From Treponema sp. (GTDB lineage: Bacteria; Spirochaetota; Spirochaetia; Treponematales; Breznakiellaceae), in contig JAITLC010000148.1 in NCBI GenBank assembly GCA_031278095.1, forward strand, positions 12,602-76,601: DNA of 64,000 bases, in the 5' to 3' direction. The notes beneath the pieces are model-generated. The model was not told the DNA's origin and did no database searches. It saw nothing but the letters and a program-made list of their open reading frames with translations. Below are positions 44,935-54,846 of the stretch, in pieces. The translations under genes were made by a program, and so were the position numbers. Positions within the stretch are counted from its first letter, which is position 1; every line of letters starts with the position of its first letter.

Positions 44935-46154
44935 CAGTCTTTTACCTGCTCCTCCCGAATCTTTCTCCCATTTTCCCAATAGGCCCGCAGTACTACTTTC
45001 CCGTCCATCAACAGCTCCTCTGTTTCTTTTTCCCCGTCTATATTTACCTGCCGTTCCAGAATTCCCTTTACATAGTTTTTTTCAGAGATTCTGTTTCCCC
45101 GCGCATCATACGTATAGTCTACCCTTCTTTCAGGCCCGGCAGCAAGTTCTGCGGTTTTAGGCGGAGGAGCTTCCTCTCCCTCTTCCGCGGTTTCTTTCTT
45201 TTCTTCTTCAAGAAAAAGAAGAATGGAGTCAAGCCGTTCCCCGTGCCACCGGTAGCGGAGAAGTCCCAGGAAGGCGCCTGACTCATCCTCACGTATTTCG
45301 CTTAAAATTCTGCCGCGGCTGTCGGTACTGAATACCGCCCGAAAAACAGGTTTCTGAAAAGCATCCTCAAGAAAACTTGAAACAAATGCAGGAGCAGGAT
45401 TGACAAATGTATTGTCGGCCGCATTGCGGGGAATGATCAGCGGAATCCGTATAAGACGGCTGTTTACCTCTTCCCCGCCTTCAGCACCGAAGAGCCGTTC
45501 CATGGCTCTGACGGCGCCCGAACGGTTGTAACGATAATGATCCGTATAAAGATTTTTTTTTATTTCCTCTTCTCCGGTTTTTTCCACTATGGCGGCTTCC
45601 GCCCGGATCAGTGCATCCTGTCTGTAGAAAAAATCCGTGACAGCTTCACTACAATCAGTATAAAAGGTAAGGTCTCTGGTAAGGAGCCCTTTCCCATCAT
45701 AGAGATCCGCAAAACCCCAGGCTTTTTTTTCAAGTTCTTCCGTTTCTTCCGTCTCTTCCGTTTCTTCGGCCGTAGCGGCCTCCGGCGGCGGAGGCTCTTC
45801 CTCTTCTGCGGCAACAGGCTCTTCCGGGGTGAACACTGCCGCCAGACGGACTACACCGCTTTCTTCCGAAAAGAGCCACTGTATGCGTGATTCCTTGCGG
45901 TTTTCATAGAGGCTGCGCTTCTCTATCTTCCATTCCGAATTGTAATACTGCTGCAAAAATTGCGGGATCTCTTCAAGGACTGCCGCCCTTACCTCAAGAC
46001 AGTATTCGTTTCTCAGGGCCGTGATCCTTGAAGAAGCCTCTTCAAGCGCCATGCCGCCCCTGCTGGATCTGTACCATCGTGAATTTTCCTGGGCCGAAAG
46101 TGAAACAAAGGTGAGAAAAAACAAGGGTAAAAAAAAGAAGTTCTGCGTTGCCAT
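44934..46154 (-). CDS. Secreted hypothetical protein with acidic EET/EEE repeats
   Basis: The signal peptide begins at the ATG at 46154 (MATQNFFFLPLFFLTFVSLSAQE). Internal low-complexity acidic runs are present (EEEEPPPPEAATAEETEETEETEELE). No motif recognised. Confidence 0.6.
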   Translation of the reverse strand: MATQNFFFLPLFFLTFVSLSAQENSRWYRSSRGGMALEEASSRITALRNEYCLEVRAAVLEEIPQFLQQYYNSEWKIEKRSLYENRKESRIQWLFSEESGVVRLAAVFTPEEPVAAEEEEPPPPEAATAEETEETEETEELEKKAWGFADLYDGKGLLTRDLTFYTDCSEAVTDFFYRQDALIRAEAAIVEKTGEEEIKKNLYTDHYRYNRSGAVRAMERLFGAEGGEEVNSRLIRIPLIIPRNAADNTFVNPAPAFVSSFLEDAFQKPVFRAVFSTDSRGRILSEIREDESGAFLGLLRYRWHGERLDSILLFLEEEKKETAEEGEEAPPPKTAELAAGPERRVDYTYDARGNRISEKNYVKGILERQVNIDGEKETEELLMDGKVVLRAYWENGRKIREEQVKD

Positions 46155-46158
46155 AAAC

Positions 46159-47049
46159 CTATTCGATGCCCAGGAATTCCCGAACATAACCGTGAGGATC
46201 GAAGGGCCGTATGTCTCCATATTTTTCACCTTCGCAGATCCAGATCACCGGAAGCTTTAATTCCGAAGAGAGAGAAAATACCACACCGCCTTTGGCGCTT
46301 GAATCGTACTTGGTAAGAATACAGCCGCCCAGTTCCACGGCGCCGTGAAAAATCTCCGCCTGAGCCAGGGCATTCCTTCCGGTAGTGGCATCCAGAACAA
46401 GAAACTTCAAATAACGAAAACCATTCTTCTTCCCGCCTGTTTCCACTACCCGGTCAATCTTTTTTAACTCTTCAACAAGGGTGTTTTTAGTATGCATCCT
46501 TCCCGCGGTATCGGCAATGATCATGTCGCCTCCGCCGGAAAGGGCGGCCTGGACGGCATCGTAAACCACGGCCGCGGGGTCTCCTCCGTGCCTGTGAGAG
46601 ACAACCCTCACCCCAAGCCTCTCGCCGTGAATTCTTATCTGATCGATTGCCGCGGCCCGGAAAGTGTCCGCTGCCGCAAGAATCGGTTTCCTGTTCCATT
46701 TTTCCACGGAGAGAGACGCCAGCTTGGCCGCGGTAGTAGTTTTACCGACCCCGTTGACACCGAGCAGCAATATTACTGTTGTAGAATGAGGATCGCCTGA
46801 AAAGGAAGTTTCCATATCTTTACTTATGAGTTTCCCTTCCAGAATTCCGGCAAGTCTTTCACGGAGACGGGACGGATCATCTATTTTTTCCTTTCTTGCG
46901 GCGGACTGCAGTTCTTCTGTGGTTTTATAGGCTTCCACGGCTCCAAAGTCTCCTTCAACCAGCAGATCCGCCAGCCCGTCATAGAATTCGTCTGAAAGGA
47001 CCTTTTGCCCCGAAAAAAAATTTTTTACCTTCTCAAAAAAATTTACCAT
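46159..47049 (-). CDS. ftsY: Signal recognition particle receptor FtsY (short form)
   Basis: SRP GTPase motifs: GVNGVGKTTTAAKLA, DTAGR and TKYDSSAKGG. Confidence 0.9.
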   Translation of the reverse strand: MVNFFEKVKNFFSGQKVLSDEFYDGLADLLVEGDFGAVEAYKTTEELQSAARKEKIDDPSRLRERLAGILEGKLISKDMETSFSGDPHSTTVILLLGVNGVGKTTTAAKLASLSVEKWNRKPILAAADTFRAAAIDQIRIHGERLGVRVVSHRHGGDPAAVVYDAVQAALSGGGDMIIADTAGRMHTKNTLVEELKKIDRVVETGGKKNGFRYLKFLVLDATTGRNALAQAEIFHGAVELGGCILTKYDSSAKGGVVFSLSSELKLPVIWICEGEKYGDIRPFDPHGYVREFLGIE

Positions 47050-47114
47050 CCTTAACTTCCTTTAACCGGCTTGTCCGGAGACTTCAGTTTTCCATATTCA
47101 AACATGTTTGGATA

Positions 47115-48638
47115 CTAGTCCCGTAAAACCCTGGGAGCATCCTGACCGCCGATGAAAATATAACGTCCGATATTGAAGGCCTCAAAAAGTACCGCTCCGC
47201 CGAAAACACCGAGACTTATGATGGAAGCCCTCCATGCTTTTGTCGCTTCCTCATACATTTCGACGCTTGTAGTGTTCATTTGAAATGCCGGATAATATGT
47301 GTTGTTATAAAGCCCATAGAAAAGCCATGCCGCCGCCCCGGCAACCCAGGTACCGGCCCATGACCAGTAGTAGAGCCGCCGCGCCTTATCCACCCTCCTC
47401 TGTCCCGAAACAGGAGGCCGCCTGGTTCTGAATATCATATTTCCCCTGTCAAAATTACTCAAGCTCAGTATATCGTCTATCTGGTACTGCAATTTTTTTT
47501 GTATCCGGGCATCTCCCCTGTAAAGTTCGTTTACGGGAAAAACAACCGGGGAGGTTTCTCTCCCTCCGGGAGTTTCGGCATTAAAATATTGAAGCCCTCC
47601 CACGGGAAGAGACAGGCTGAGCGGGGTCTTGCCTACAAAAAGCGCTCCCTGGTAAATGCTGACATTATTGCCGTTAGGGGAAATGAAGTTGATCGTAGCA
47701 AGATTCAGGGGCTTTAGATCCGCTTCAATTTCCGTTGCTTCTCCGGGGAGAAGCTTTGTCTCCAGGGAGGCGGTCTCATAATTCTCCGCAGTAACATGAA
47801 TATTTACCGTTCCCGGCGGCCTCCCCTGATCTTCCACACGGCCGCGGCCCGCAAAACTGCCGTTAATTGTTATTACCGCATTGTCGGGTTTTGCATTAAC
47901 GGTAATATGGGAAGGCTCTCCCCCCAGAACCGCGGAAAACAGGCTTTTTTCAATTTCCTCCAGGGCTTCATCCTGATCATCAAGAGAAAAAATAATGGTG
48001 TCCTGCCAGGGAAAAGAATCCGTATAAATGGTATAGAGGGTAAGACTTACATGTATTCTCCCGTAAAAATATTTTATTTTGCCGGCAAGAAAACCGTCTG
48101 CATTCTGTTCCCTGCAGAATTTATACTCCGCTCCGGGTTTGGGCGGAAGCGGAAAAGTTCCATTTATGTTAGATTCGCTAAAGATGAACAGTGGTTCTTC
48201 CGCGATAAGAGGCTCCTCATCAAGACTCTTTCTGTAGGCTTCTTCCAGATCGGCAATTTCAGTGTCGGCTTTCCTGATGAGTTGCCTGTATTTCCATCCG
48301 GGTTCCCCCCGGAAGAGAAGGAGATCTCGTTCATTCCGTTTGTTTAGCAGCGCTTTGGCCGCATTTGAACGGGATTGATAAAAGGCATAATCCCTGTACC
48401 AACCGGTCTCTGCGGCTACCCGGAGGCGGTATTCAAGATTATTGAGGGAATCAACAAGGTGCTTTACAATAATTTCGCCTATGATCCGCTGACCTTCGGA
48501 CATGGCGCTGGTATCAAAAGTTGTAACACAGAGAACCCAGTTTTCGTTCAGGGGAGTCTTCTCTTCTTCGGCCTTGCCCTTTGCAAAAAGCAGGACAGAA
48601 AGGAGAAACAAAACTATTATACACAAGGCCCTGTTCAT
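47115..48638 (-). CDS. Hypothetical membrane protein (possible PEGA-like beta domain)
   Basis: 507 aa with an N-terminal signal/TM segment, a beta-rich middle region (GTVNIHVTAENYETASLETKLLPGEATEIEADL) and two C-terminal TM helices. Confidence 0.55.
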   Translation of the reverse strand: MNRALCIIVLFLLSVLLFAKGKAEEEKTPLNENWVLCVTTFDTSAMSEGQRIIGEIIVKHLVDSLNNLEYRLRVAAETGWYRDYAFYQSRSNAAKALLNKRNERDLLLFRGEPGWKYRQLIRKADTEIADLEEAYRKSLDEEPLIAEEPLFIFSESNINGTFPLPPKPGAEYKFCREQNADGFLAGKIKYFYGRIHVSLTLYTIYTDSFPWQDTIIFSLDDQDEALEEIEKSLFSAVLGGEPSHITVNAKPDNAVITINGSFAGRGRVEDQGRPPGTVNIHVTAENYETASLETKLLPGEATEIEADLKPLNLATINFISPNGNNVSIYQGALFVGKTPLSLSLPVGGLQYFNAETPGGRETSPVVFPVNELYRGDARIQKKLQYQIDDILSLSNFDRGNMIFRTRRPPVSGQRRVDKARRLYYWSWAGTWVAGAAAWLFYGLYNNTYYPAFQMNTTSVEMYEEATKAWRASIISLGVFGGAVLFEAFNIGRYIFIGGQDAPRVLRD

Positions 48639-48647
48639 TTATCTCCG

Positions 48648-49758
48648 TCAGTCCGAATTGGTTTCCCAGGCAAAGCGCAGATAATCTTCAATAAAAATAT
48701 CAATGTCGCCGTCCATGACTGCCTGAATGTTTCCCGATTCCGTTTTTGTTCTGTAATCCTTTACCATGGTGTAAGGCTGGAAAACATAGGATCGGATCTG
48801 GTTACCCCAGGAAATGTCCTTCTTTTCCTGCGCAAATTTTGCGTTTTCTTTTTCTTTTTCCTGCTTGTAGTATTCATAAAGCCTGGCCTTGAGCATGCTC
48901 ATGGCAATGGTTCTGTTCATGGTCTGACTCCGTTCACTCTGACAGGCCGCCACAATCCCTGTCGGGAGGTGTGTAAAACGGACTGCGCTGTCGGTCTTGT
49001 TGACATGCTGGCCGCCTGCACCGCCTGAACGGTAGGTATCCACCCGCAGATCTTCGGGCCTTATATCCACTTCGATGGAATCGTCGATGACGGGAAAAAC
49101 ATAACAGGAAGAAAAACTCGTGTGACGGCGGGAAGCGGAATCGAAGGGGGAGATCCGGACAAGACGGTGCACCCCCGACTCTCCCTTGAGGTAGCCGTAG
49201 GCATAGTCCCCGTCAATACGGCAGGTAGCGGACTTGATACCCCCTTCCGCCTCCAGACGGTCTACCTCTTCAATGGAAAAACCTTTCCGTTCGGCCCAGC
49301 GGAGATACATACGGTAGAGCATCTGCGACCAGTCGCAGGCTTCGGTCCCCCCGGCCCCTGCATGGATCGTAAGGAAACAGCCGTTTCTGTCTACCTCTCC
49401 GCTCATCAGCTCATAGATGTTCTGCTTTTCGTAACGGGCGCCGAGATCCTGAAGGCTCTTCCCGATACCCGCGGTTTCACCTTCATCCCCGGCTTCCGTT
49501 GCAAGTTCATGGAGCACTTCGAGATCCTCAATGCCGGTATGGAGGCTTTTCCAGGGTTCGTAACGGTTTTTAAGGGCCTTGAGTTCGGTCATCGTCTTTT
49601 CCGCCAGGGCGGAATCGTTCCAGAAATCCGGAGCCCCGGCCTTTGATTCAATATCCTTTATACGCTGGGCAAAGTCAGCCTCTTCAAAGACGCCTCCAGG
49701 TGTCGTCGATCTTTGCCTTCAATTCCGCAATGGGGCTTCCCAGTTCACTCAATACCAT
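48648..49758 (-). CDS. prfB: Peptide chain release factor 2, requires programmed +1 frameshift (segments 49687-49758 and 48648-49685)
   Basis: The main frame carries the RF2-specific SPF motif (RISPFDS) and GGQ (SGGAGGQHVNKTDSAVR). The ORF track starts at an internal Met. Upstream there is a 24-codon frame MVLSELGSPIAELKAKIDDTWRRL ending in CTT TGA; a +1 shift continues as EEADFAQRIKDIESKAGAPDFWND, in frame with the main ORF. The joined product is about 369 aa. Confidence 0.9.
49684..49699 (-). promoter_or_regulatory. prfB +1 ribosomal frameshift site
   Basis: The minus strand reads TGG AGG CGT CTT TGA A. An internal SD-like GGAGG sits 3 nt before the slippery CTT, followed by an in-frame TGA. 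Confidence 0.85.
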
Positions 49759-49761
49759 TTT

Positions 49762-50088
49762 CTACCTCTTCCGTGATTTTTGCACAGGTTTTACCGCTAT
49801 GGGAACGCCGGCCGCCGGGGCTTTGGCCACAACGCGGCGCCATTTCTTGTCCCGAAGCGTTGTCAGCGCCAGAGTACCGTTTACCGGGAACTGGAAGATT
49901 CTCAGCCTGTCAAAAGCATCGGTGGCCCGATCCAGATCCCGCTTGAGCCTGTCCAGCGTTTCCGGGGAGACAATGGCCGATTCCCAGAGACCCCGCTGGA
50001 TCTTCTCAAAGCCGTACTGACTTAACAGGTCTGCCAACTCTTTTGCCCGGCCTTCCGATCCGGGATCTACCGCAACGGACACAAACAT
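49762..50088 (-). CDS. Small Cas2/VapD-fold-like protein (orphan)
   Basis: 108 aa from the ATG at 50088, with GGAGAG 4 nt upstream. The sequence MFVSVAVDPGSEGRAKELADLLSQYGFEKIQRGLWESAIVSPETLDRLKRDLDRATDAFDRLRIFQFP follows the Cas2 pattern: beta1 ending in Asp, helix, YG-x-x-hQ-x-x-h-aromatic-E, helix, D-x-hRI-aromatic. A basic C-terminal tail follows. It ends 3 nt before the prfB start. Confidence 0.45.
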   Translation of the reverse strand: MFVSVAVDPGSEGRAKELADLLSQYGFEKIQRGLWESAIVSPETLDRLKRDLDRATDAFDRLRIFQFPVNGTLALTTLRDKKWRRVVAKAPAAGVPIAVKPVQKSRKR

Positions 50089-50301
50089 GCATCTCTCCGA
50101 GCCGCGGGGCTCAAGAAAATTATTCTTTGACCGCCATACGGCGACTCTGTATGACGCCATTATAGGGAATTGCAGGAGAAAAGTAAACCTTACAGAGCCG
50201 TTTTGCACTATCTGCAAAGCTGATAATATCTTCAGGGCCGATCTTACTATAGCCCGGTACCATACTGGAAATATCATAAACTGCCGATTATTATAATAAT
50301 A

Positions 50302-51573
50302 ATGAAAGGAAAACCCCGCGGCATTCTTCTCTTTTGTTTCCTCTATCTCTCTCTCTTATCCGTTGCCCATTCCCAGGACTTTTCCCTGAAGGAACCGGTT
50401 TTCGCCCCCTTTGTTTCCCGGCTGCAGGCCGAGATTCGGAACAATCTGGTACGGCTTTCATGGCTGGATTCCGCCGATGCGACAGGACCGGTCTATATCT
50501 TCCGCTCCTTCACGCCCTTTACGGGAACCGGCCCGAATCCTTCCCGGACGCCCATAGAGGTCCCCTACGGAACCCAATACTATGTCGATGAAATTGAGCC
50601 TTCCGGCGGGGGAAGCAGCATCTATTATTTTATTGCGGCAAGCAGCGGAGAAGCTGATGTTTCCGGTTCCCGCCGCCGTTATGATGTCTTTATCCCCTAT
50701 AACAACACCATTCAGGTTGATATGAGCGTTACCGAAGGGCTGGATCTCTGGTTCAGGCAGACACTTCAGCCTGTAGAATCGGGGATCTTTGGTCTTGAAG
50801 CCAGCGCCCGGGCCGGCGGCGTACTGATAAATTACCGTCAGGTTTCTCCCTCCAAAAACACAATCCTCTACCGCAGCGTAAAACCCATCCGGGAAACCCG
50901 GGATCTCCTCAGTGCGGTGATAGTCCAGTCGGGGATAGACCCGCCTTTTACCGATTATCCTGTTCCGGGAATTCCCTACTACTATGCGGTTATCTTTGAA
51001 GATGATCTGGCCCGTGGTTCGGTGGGGATATACCCCGGCAGAAACGCTACGCTTAATAGCGTGGAAGTTCCGGCAGACGCAAGCCGCGCCGGGCTTCCCC
51101 ATGTAGAACTGCGCTCCATGCCCCTGCCTCTTCTCTCCCTGTACAATGCCCTTCCGGCCGCCGACAGTTTTACCGCGATCCCCGATCCGGTTCCCATAAG
51201 TCCCGCCGCCGCAAAGGCGGTAGAGGCATTGGGTAAGCCGGAGGTAAAGAAACGGGAGCTCAAATGGCCCCGCGCCTTTAACCAGGATCTGGAAAACCCC
51301 GCGGGGGGAGAAGAGTCGGTTCTCCGTTCAATCGTGCAGGAAAACTTTTTGAAGCGCGACTGGCCCGAATGCCGCCGAAGGCTTTTCTCCTACCTTTCCA
51401 TTCCCCGTTCCGGTTTCTCCGAAGGACGTGCCCATTTCTACCTGGGACAAACATGGTACTACTCCGGAAATTACCGGGAAGCCCTGCTGGAATTCCTTGC
51501 GGTAGAAGACACATACCCGCAGGAAGCCAGGGAATGGATCCAGGAAACACTCTACAGGCTTATACAGTACTAA
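50302..51573 (+). CDS. Secreted hypothetical protein with C-terminal TPR-like helices
   Basis: 423 aa with a signal peptide (LLFCFLYLSLLSVAHSQ). The C-terminus (YLGQTWYYSGNYREALLEFLAV) is TPR-like. Confidence 0.6.
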   Translation: MKGKPRGILLFCFLYLSLLSVAHSQDFSLKEPVFAPFVSRLQAEIRNNLVRLSWLDSADATGPVYIFRSFTPFTGTGPNPSRTPIEVPYGTQYYVDEIEPSGGGSSIYYFIAASSGEADVSGSRRRYDVFIPYNNTIQVDMSVTEGLDLWFRQTLQPVESGIFGLEASARAGGVLINYRQVSPSKNTILYRSVKPIRETRDLLSAVIVQSGIDPPFTDYPVPGIPYYYAVIFEDDLARGSVGIYPGRNATLNSVEVPADASRAGLPHVELRSMPLPLLSLYNALPAADSFTAIPDPVPISPAAAKAVEALGKPEVKKRELKWPRAFNQDLENPAGGEESVLRSIVQENFLKRDWPECRRRLFSYLSIPRSGFSEGRAHFYLGQTWYYSGNYREALLEFLAVEDTYPQEAREWIQETLYRLIQY

Positions 51574-51576
51574 AGT

Positions 51577-53553
51577 CTACCGCAGAGTCCGCAAAAGGGC
51601 TTCCAGTTCCGGATTTTCTACCCTGGGCGGAGTGTTTGCGGCGGAAGAATTCTCCCCGGGCTGCGGGACGATCTCGTCCCCCGTCTCTATCCGGTCAAAG
51701 AAACCCTTGCGGATAAGGGCGCCCTGGGACAGTTCCTCGCCCAAAGACGTAACAGTAAAAGTACCGGTAACATCCTGGGAACTGTACACAAGGCCGCTGC
51801 CTTCGTTATTTGTTCCGACAGCACCCTTGTGCACTATATCAAAGACATCTCCTTCTTTTACTCCATCGGCCCTGCCCTTATCGATAAGTCCCTGGGCCTG
51901 CCGCCTGGAGATAAGCTCCGCCCGGAAAGGCAGAACAGAATCAATGCGGGAAACGACACCCCGGCCGGCATTGCGCAGCCTGCCGGTTCCTGTACGGAAC
52001 ACGGAAAAACTTGCCGCGGCGGAACCTGTCCTCCCTACGTGGAGATCTCCCTGTATAGAAATATCCCTGCCGCTCTCCCGGACGGAAACGATCAAAAAAT
52101 AATCCGCTCCCGCTTCCCTCGCAAGCCTGTAGGCCGCGGAAAAGGACGGCTGCCTGAATTCCAGGTTGAGGCATTCAAGGTTTCTGTGATGAGAGAGAAG
52201 TTCCCGGATATAGGCGGAAGCTACGGCGCCTGCATCGGTATGCCTGAAACTCGACTGGCCGGAAACTGAAAAAACCGCCAGCTTCCAGTGCCGTTTTGAG
52301 GCCATTACAGGGTCTACATTCCATCTCTGATGCAGCGTTCCTGCAAGGACGGAAGCATAGGCTTCCACCGCATCATCAATACTTCTGTCGGAAAGTCCAA
52401 GGTTCTGCAGAAAACGCAGTTCCTCAAGGTAACGGGCCGGATAGCCGCCCAGCCTGAGCAGTTCCGCATAGTCCCGCCTGTCTTTGGCATAGGGATTAAG
52501 CCGCAATCCCCGGCGGTATTCAAAGAGGGCTTCTTCGGCAAGGTTGCGGGATCTGTAATCCCTGGCTCGTTCAAAATGCCAGGAAGCCCGGCCCTTCCGT
52601 CCTTCATCCTCCAGTGTAGTATTATTGATGATGAGATCTTCAAGACTCGAACGGATAAATTCATCCTCCTGATCGATGTTTGCCCCGGTAGAAAGTATGT
52701 TGATCGCATCGGAAAAACGTCCCATGCGGCTGTAGGCAAGTCCTTTGAGGTACCATGCGCCGGCGTCATCCCTGTCTGCGGCGATACTCTCATCGGCAAG
52801 CCGGGCAGCCTCTTCCCACTGACCTGCACGGTAACGGAGGGAGGCAAGCAGGGAACGGGCAGGAGCAAAACCGGGACGGTAGAAAAGACAGTTCTCCGCA
52901 TTGACAATGCCGCTCTCCACATTGCCTTCTTGGGCATCGAGATAGGCGGCATAGTAATAGACCCGGTAATCCCCTTCGTGGCGCCTGAGAGCCTCTTCAA
53001 TATAGAGGCGGGCATTCTCCCTGTCTCCCAGGGAACCTGCAACAAGCGCAAGCGAAACCAGAATCCGGCGGTCATCGGGGTAGCGGCGGTTTACATCCCT
53101 GAGACGCAGCAGGGCTTCGCTTACCCGGCCGCGGCCTATGTCCAGCTCTGCCGAAGCGAAGAGGGCCTCCCTGTTGTAGGGCTCTTTGGCAAGAATCTCC
53201 CGGATAAGCGTCTGGGCATCGTCAAAGCGGCCCAGGGCAATCGAAATTGAAGCTTCCATGTTGGCAACAGCCATGCTGCTCCGTGCAAGGGAACGGGCTT
53301 TGCGTACCCAGGAGAGAGCCTGATCAAATTCACCCAACTGATAGTAACACTCGGAAAGCGCAAAAATCCCTTCGGCATGGGCAGGATTCAAACGGAGGCA
53401 CTCCAGGAAGGCTTCCGTTGCCGAGTACCAGTCTTCCTCCACCATAAAGCCGCGTCCTTTCCCGTACCAGTCCCCCGCAGTATTTTGGGCATACACGCCC
53501 GCGGCGGCGCTTAAAAGAACCAGAAAAGCCAGGGGGAATTTCAGACCTTTCAA
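51577..53553 (-). CDS. TPR-repeat protein, secreted
   Basis: 658 aa with a signal peptide and more than 8 TPR-like units in the N-terminal two thirds. Confidence 0.7.
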   Translation of the reverse strand: MKGLKFPLAFLVLLSAAAGVYAQNTAGDWYGKGRGFMVEEDWYSATEAFLECLRLNPAHAEGIFALSECYYQLGEFDQALSWVRKARSLARSSMAVANMEASISIALGRFDDAQTLIREILAKEPYNREALFASAELDIGRGRVSEALLRLRDVNRRYPDDRRILVSLALVAGSLGDRENARLYIEEALRRHEGDYRVYYYAAYLDAQEGNVESGIVNAENCLFYRPGFAPARSLLASLRYRAGQWEEAARLADESIAADRDDAGAWYLKGLAYSRMGRFSDAINILSTGANIDQEDEFIRSSLEDLIINNTTLEDEGRKGRASWHFERARDYRSRNLAEEALFEYRRGLRLNPYAKDRRDYAELLRLGGYPARYLEELRFLQNLGLSDRSIDDAVEAYASVLAGTLHQRWNVDPVMASKRHWKLAVFSVSGQSSFRHTDAGAVASAYIRELLSHHRNLECLNLEFRQPSFSAAYRLAREAGADYFLIVSVRESGRDISIQGDLHVGRTGSAAASFSVFRTGTGRLRNAGRGVVSRIDSVLPFRAELISRRQAQGLIDKGRADGVKEGDVFDIVHKGAVGTNNEGSGLVYSSQDVTGTFTVTSLGEELSQGALIRKGFFDRIETGDEIVPQPGENSSAANTPPRVENPELEALLRTLR

Positions 53554-53563
53554 AATTAACTCC

Positions 53564-54376
53564 TCACGGCACTGCAGGCGTCTTGTGCAACACTATTTTT
53601 ACACTGTTAATCTTGTGCCCATCCATGTCCTGAATGATAAAGTCCGTATTTTCCCAGACTGCTTTTTCGTGGTGTACAGGAATCTTGCCGAAAAGATCAA
53701 AGACAAAACCTCCCAGCGTATCAAAATCCTCCGCGGGGAACGCAATGCCTGTCTCCTCCGCAAGATCCTCCAGATTCATCCTGGCGGCGCAGAGCCAGAT
53801 TCCTTCTCCAAGCTCAACAATGTCTTCCATTTCGTGATCAAATTCGTCCTGTATGTCCCCTACAATCTCTTCAATGATGTCTTCCATACATACGATGCCG
53901 GAAACGCCGCCGTACTCATCCACAACGACTGCAACATGGACTCTGCGGCGGCGCATTTCCCGGAGCAGATCGTCGATATGTTTGGTGCCGGGAACAAAAA
54001 AAGGTTTACGGAGCATTTTTTTAATGTCAAATTCTTCCTGCCGTACAAGAGAGCGCAGTACATCCTTGACATGCAGAATACCTGTTACATTATCAATGGT
54101 ATCCTCATAGACGGGAAAACGGGAATGTTCGCTCTCCGCCATAAGGGAGAGAAGCTCTTCCTTGTCCGCACCGGCGGAAAGAAAAACCGTGTCCGTTCGG
54201 GGTACCATTACCTCCCTGACGGTGGTTCCGGAAAGTTCCACTATGCCCCGAATCATCTCTTTCTGATCCGATTCCAGGGACTGCATGGTTTTCCGGTCGG
54301 GAATTAAGGCCGGAGCCTTTGAAGATCCCTCTTCTCCCTTTTTGGATTTTCCTCTCCCAAAAAATCCAATACTCAT
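53564..54376 (-). CDS. CBS-pair plus CorC/HlyC-domain protein (CorC/YbeX/TlyC-like)
   Basis: VREVMVPRTD opens a CBS pair, followed by a C-terminal transporter-associated domain. It sits downstream of ybeY, as in the conserved ybeZYX arrangement. Confidence 0.8.
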   Translation of the reverse strand: MSIGFFGRGKSKKGEEGSSKAPALIPDRKTMQSLESDQKEMIRGIVELSGTTVREVMVPRTDTVFLSAGADKEELLSLMAESEHSRFPVYEDTIDNVTGILHVKDVLRSLVRQEEFDIKKMLRKPFFVPGTKHIDDLLREMRRRRVHVAVVVDEYGGVSGIVCMEDIIEEIVGDIQDEFDHEMEDIVELGEGIWLCAARMNLEDLAEETGIAFPAEDFDTLGGFVFDLFGKIPVHHEKAVWENTDFIIQDMDGHKINSVKIVLHKTPAVP

Positions 54377-54846
54377 GAAACCTCCTCACAGACACTAATT
54401 ATACGTTCCTCTTTCAACTTCAAAAGCAGATCCTCCTGCAGGCGGAGCATGGGTTCGCCTGAATCGTTACTTTGATGATCCATTCCGTCAAGATGCAGTA
54501 TACCATGAATCACAAGCCGCCGCAGTTCCTCGTCCCCGCTTACGCCGAAAAGCCGGGAATTTTCTTCCAGGGCTTCAAGCGAGATGACGATATCGCCGGG
54601 CAGATAGAATTGCTCTCCGTCTTCGTCCAGGGTTTCACCCAGAGGAAAAGACAGAATATCTGTAGCCTCATCCCGTTTCCGGTATTGGGCATTGAGAGAT
54701 TTGATAAAACTGTTACTGCAGAAAAGAAAAGAAAGAATCCAGCGATCCTTGCCCAGGGCAGAGAGAACCTTGAAAGAAAAAGTTTCCAATGCTTCCGTCC
54801 AGGAAGGCAGGGGCACCTCTTCCGCTTTTACCGAAGCGCGGTTCAT
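54373..54846 (-). CDS. ybeY: rRNA maturation endoribonuclease YbeY
   Basis: 157 aa with the metal-binding motif HGILHLDGMDH. Confidence 0.9.
   Translation of the reverse strand: MNRASVKAEEVPLPSWTEALETFSFKVLSALGKDRWILSFLFCSNSFIKSLNAQYRKRDEATDILSFPLGETLDEDGEQFYLPGDIVISLEALEENSRLFGVSGDEELRRLVIHGILHLDGMDHQSNDSGEPMLRLQEDLLLKLKEERIISVCEEVS

Noticed and set aside
52314-53250. Long ORFs (253 aa on the minus strand in an alternative frame, 306 aa on the plus strand) inside the TPR gene at 51577-53553.
   Set aside because: The 658-aa frame has a signal peptide and regular TPR periodicity. The alternatives are Arg/Pro/Gly-rich shadow frames.
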